This document shows positions 59,405 through 64,000 of a stretch of 64,000 nt of DNA, in pieces. This DNA is from Eledone cirrhosa (taxonomy: Eukaryota). Position 1 is the stretch's first letter. The number at the start of each line of letters is the position of its first letter. Made by a program: the position numbers and the translations under genes. The stretch lies in assembly GCA_964016885.1 (NCBI GenBank), contig OZ024746.1:38688001-38752000 (forward strand). The letters run 5' to 3'. Under the pieces are notes generated by a model. The model was not told the DNA's origin and ran no database searches. It worked only from the letters and a program-made list of their open reading frames with translations.

Positions 59405-59750
59405 CGTGTGGACTGGGTGCTTTTCATCATGGCACCAAAATGACCATCTAACAGCGAGAGTTTTTATCATGTTACCGTCATGTCTACAGAGTGGACTAGG
59501 TGCTTTTTCATTGTCACCAACACAACCACCTAAAAGGATGGACTGGGTGCTTTTTTGTTGTGCCACCAACACAACCACCATTAAAGGGTGGATTAGATTC
59601 TTTTTGTTATGTCACCAGCACAACCCTTACATAGTTGACTGATTGTGTTTGTTGTGCCACCAGCACAACCACCTTATAGCATAGAGTGGGTGATTTTTAT
59701 TGTCATCAGCACAACCACCTTACAGAGTGGCCTGTGTTTTTTGTTGTGAG
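59405..59750. repeat. Degenerate tandem repeat, units about 45-60 bp
   Basis: Recurring GTGGACTGGGTGCTTTTT...CACCARCACAACCACC. Confidence 0.75.
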
Positions 59751-60494
59751 AGCACAGGTGTAGAGAATGTTCAGTTTTCTATGCTTGTATGTATGGGTTG
59801 GACAGGTGGTATATCAGGTGTGAACTGAGGAGGGGGTAAAATGAGTATACAGGCTAGGGATGGGTGAGATGTGGAAAGGTGTATGGGCAGGGGAGAGAAG
59901 ATTGGTGCAGGCCTGTGTCCTCTTGATGTTTTCTTCATCCTGTATACATGGTAAGGCGGGCCTTCTGCAGTACAGCATATCACAAGAGAATCTACTCAAC
60001 AAGGGCTTGATTGGGACTACAGTACCACTATCACAATAAAAACAGCAACGATTGCACCAGCAGGTCCAGTCTACATAGCTGCTGATAGGTAACACAGTTG
60101 AAAATCACATTTCATTTTCATCTTCCTCCTTCTCGTTCTGCTTCTTTATTCATTAGCTTTGTTGAACTTGTTTAAAGGTGTAATACTAAAACTGAATACA
60201 CATGTCCATATGATTTCATTATCTTTTCGCTGTAACACACTGGAGTGGTTTTGCTGATTATATACACAGAAATGGGAAAACTTAAACTTAACTAAATAAG
60301 AGGCAATAAGATCTTGTATTCACACCTAATGTACATCATTTTACATACATTTTCATATACTGGAATCGGTGGAACTGGTCATTGCAGACCACGTCAAATA
60401 CTTAATCAGAGCTACTGTCCTTCCCAATGGACTGGATACTCTCCTGAGTGCCAATGATTTTACAGAGTTTACTGAATACATTTTATTATGACAT

Positions 60495-60750
60495 TACAAC
60501 TAGGGAGATTATCATACACTTAAAACAGAAAAATATTCTCATCCCATTTTCAGCATGGTTTGTATGGCTGGATGCCATTCCTGATGTCAGTCAATTTACA
60601 GAGTGTACTGGGTGCATTTCATTATGGCTTTAGCACTAGTGAGATTATCATACATTTAAAATACTGAAGAGTACTCTCATCCTATTTTCAGCATGGTTTG
60701 TATGGCTGGATGCCATTCATAATGTCAGAGTGTACTGGTTGCATTTCATC
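60495..60750 (-). repeat. Duplicated SINE-like fragment (period about 137)
   Basis: CAGCATGGTTTGTATGGCTGGATGCCATTC occurs twice and resembles a SINE central domain. Confidence 0.55.
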
Positions 60751-61607
60751 ATACATAGTTTTGAATATGTCCACTCTGTTTTACAACAACAGATTGTAAT
60801 TGGGAGAAATTCTGTTTGTTATTCATAGTATCTTGAGTGGCAACATAGTCACTCCTATTTTGGCACAGAGGTGTGCAAGATGGAGAACATTTGTGCAACA
60901 ACATTTAACAGAACAAGGACAACACATTTGTTTTTATCCAGCAAAAGGTCTTGGTTGAAACATTAAATAAAAAGAAAAGAAAATGATTATAAAGTCTGTA
61001 AAAACAGTGATTTATTCATCTCTTCAACATTACATACATATATATGTGTCTGTGTTTGTGTGTTTTGGTAAATGAAAATGAGTGTGTGTGTGTGTGTTAT
61101 CAATTAGCAAACACAACATTCAGTGACAAGCCAAAGTTAGTTTATAAAATTTTTTTTTTGTAATGTTGAAGGCAAAATAAACTGCAAAGGTGATACCGGT
61201 TTTTTATCTTATTAAGGCAACATTTCAAATTAATCCATAACAACAATATAACTAGAAAAAAATTATATATATATATATATAAAATATATATACATATATA
61301 AAAAATTACATATATATATATATGTAATTTTTTATATATGTTTGTGTATATATATATATATATACACACACATATATAAAAAATTATATATATATATATA
61401 TACACAAACATGTATATATATATATATATACACACACACATATATATAAAATATTACATATATATATAAAATTACATATACATATATATATATATACATA
61501 TATACACACATATATATAGTATATATATTTATATGGATGTAGATACACGTACATATGTATAAGTATATACAAATATATCGATACTTCGTTCCAACTCATT
61601 AAGAGTT

Positions 61608-61735
61608 ATGGTCTGAGTTCAAATCCCACCGAGGTTTACTTTGCCTTTCATCCTTATGGGGTCGATAAAATAAAGTACCAGTAATGCACTGGGTAATTGC
61701 TGGCCTTGTGCCAAAAAGTAGAAACAATTATTATT
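61608..61735 (+). mobile_element. 5'-truncated major-family SINE
   Basis: GAGTTCAAATCCC...GCCTTTCATCC...AGTAGAAACAATTATT. Confidence 0.8.
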
Positions 61736-61858
61736 AACACTGCTTCTTAAGGATACCGACAATGATATATTACCGAAAAGTACAGTACAACACAAGCAAA
61801 CTGGTGAACCAGTGGTAACTTAATGTTACACACCAATAAACTATATACACACATGTCC

Positions 61859-61896
<38 letters not shown>

Positions 61897-61900
<4 letters not shown>

Positions 61901-62115
61901 ATAATAAATGTGAAGACTAAAATCCGAAGGGGGCTCGATAAGGAATATCTATACATAATATATATATAAACCTGTAGAGCAAATATATATTGTAAGAACA
62001 GATTAAAGTTTAAGCAAAGAATCGCTGCTTTCACCCTTAACGGGATCTTCTTAATGGGAGTTTCAGAAGATCCTGTTAAGGATGAAAGCAGCTTAAACTT
62101 TAATCTGTTTTTATA

Positions 62116-62122
<7 letters not shown>
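61897..62122 (-). mobile_element. Family B fold-back element; variant HHR 62057-62101 (+)
   Basis: ggagttt-CAGAAGA-tcct gtta agga t-GAAA-gcagc-TT-aaacttt, inverted against 61985-62050. Confidence 0.8.
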
Positions 62123-62152
<30 letters not shown>

Positions 62153-62395
62153 AATGATAACCACGTAGGATAGATGTAGATATTTATAATTCATTTTATT
62201 CATAATCTGCCATAATACATATTTCTGTGAGGAGGGGGTTTAACAACTGTGTATTGCTGGCATCACACAACCACTGACACGACTTCATCAAACAGCATCT
62301 TAAGTCGTATAGTTGTTATATGACATTTCTAATGCAATACAGGCTATCAATAAGGGGATGAGCACATTTGATGTTTGTCCTATGAATCCATCTCC

Positions 62396-62426
<31 letters not shown>

Positions 62427-62898
62427 AAAAATTATAAGGTTAGAAAATTAAAGAATTCTGTAGAAATCACATTATATAAGAAAAATACCAAGAATCACAT
62501 ATGCACAATGCTTTTTTATATATACATACAAATTTGCAGTACACAACGAAAGGAAATAAGCTCATACAAAATGTTAGTATTTTTTTAAAAGCAAGGTTTC
62601 TGTACTAACTGGTTTCTGCTTGCATGCGCCTTTCAAAGAATACTTTTCAAGTTCATATTTGTGTTGTTGTGTATTTTTTGATAGGATAGGTCATGAATTG
62701 CTTAGGAGTTATATATATAGTAATCTAATCTTTGTAATAAACATAATTAGAAATAAATTCTATTCAACTTATAGACAACTCTATATACACACACACACAC
62801 ACATATGTGTGTGTGTGTGTGTGCGAGTCCCAGGTTCAATCGGTGTTAACCACAGTAAGTAAGGTACTAAATACATAGCAGAGTATAAATGTTTAATA

Positions 62899-63002
62899 TA
62901 GAAATGGCTTCTACAGGACTAGAACTGTTTCATTCGAAGAAAAATATCAGGAAACCCTGAGAATTTCCTTCTAATGAAACTTCTAGTCCTGTAGAAGCCA
63001 TT
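62899..63002. repeat. Decayed fold-back element
   Basis: AAATGGCTTCTACAGGACTAGAA / TTCTAGTCCTGTAGAAGCCATTT arms with degenerate CTGA...GAAAC. Confidence 0.7.
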
Positions 63003-63025
63003 TATATATATATATATATATATAT

Positions 63026-63208
63026 ATAGGAACCAGTAAGACCCCGACGGCTGAGCTCAAGCCGTTTCGACGGCTAATGATTAGCCGTCGAAACGGCTTG
63101 AGCTCAGCCGTCGGGGTCTTACTGGTTCCTATTACCCACTCTACTACCCTAAGTATTGAGTACTTTGGTGCGTTATGGTCCACCTGGTTCCTTTCCACAT
63201 TTCCTTCG

Positions 63209-63211
<3 letters not shown>
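63026..63211 (+). mobile_element. Family C fold-back mini-element
   Basis: Palindrome 63026-63132 (centre 63079) plus tail. Near-identical to 39781-39962, in opposite orientation. Confidence 0.88.
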
Positions 63212-63251
<40 letters not shown>

Positions 63252-64000
63252 TATATACATATATATATGTATAACTATATACATATATAGTATATATATG
63301 TATAACTATATGCATATATAGTTATACACATATAAACACTCACACACACACATATAAATATATATAGATATATACATACACACTTATACATATAGGCAAT
63401 TTTATAATGATATAAGTACCCTATTTTTCTCATCTCATTTCACTCACTACCTCCAGCTATCTTCAGGTAACTGTCATAGTTGGTAGTTTTCTCGAAATAT
63501 TCAACCATATTAATGTGAAAATATCTCAGATATGGACACACACTGAGAATGTTAGCAAGTTTGACAGACACAAGAAGAAGAAACCTGGAGAGTGTAATGG
63601 TGAAAAGCAATCTGAATACATGTGTGCATAAGCTATTACATAGAAATTATATATATATATTATATATATATATAAATTTAAATATGCACATGTGCACTCA
63701 CATACATAAATATCCATATACAATTGAAAGCAATTCAGGATTCCTTTGCAAGTATTATTCCATACATTTGTTTTTTAAGGTTTAAAAATGAAATTTGTTT
63801 TGTAAAATACAGATAGCTTTTGTTAAGTTACATTCAATTGGGAAAAAAGCATTTAAATTAAAAATGAATCTTGAACTTGTATCGAAAAGTAAATAAAATT
63901 TAAAGCGAAAAAAAAAATTTTTAAATTCATTTAAAATATTCAAATCAAGCTTGAATTTAATTGTTTTGCACAACTGATTTAGTTTTATATATATATATAT

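Overview
AT-rich, microsatellite-saturated eukaryotic DNA. The SINE repertoire resembles Octopus/cephalopod genomes; this rests on resemblance only. I can support no host protein-coding gene, and nearly all listed ORFs are translated (TA)n/(CA)n/(GT)n. Contents: (1) one near full-length but mutated Penelope-like element (PLE) at 17081-22022, with direct pLTRs, RT and GIY-YIG; (2) two to three further PLE fragments; (3) RTE and Helitron remnants; (4) about a dozen tRNA-derived SINEs; (5) a head-to-tail array of an RTE-like short element nested in (CATA)n. The dominant hidden structure, read by eye, is more than 25 type I hammerhead-ribozyme (HHR) folds from about 10 unrelated families, about 15 of them with a canonical or covariant core. 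Most lie in short non-coding fold-back cassettes: (TA)n, inverted arm, sense arm with HHR and AATAAA, unique tail, (TA)n. One family forms a 421-bp retrozyme-like tandem/mirror array at 53.5-55.6 kb. The PLE 3' UTR carries a dense array of ACTAAC motifs (STAR/QKI or branch-point type). All folds were assigned by manual pairing; no activity was tested.
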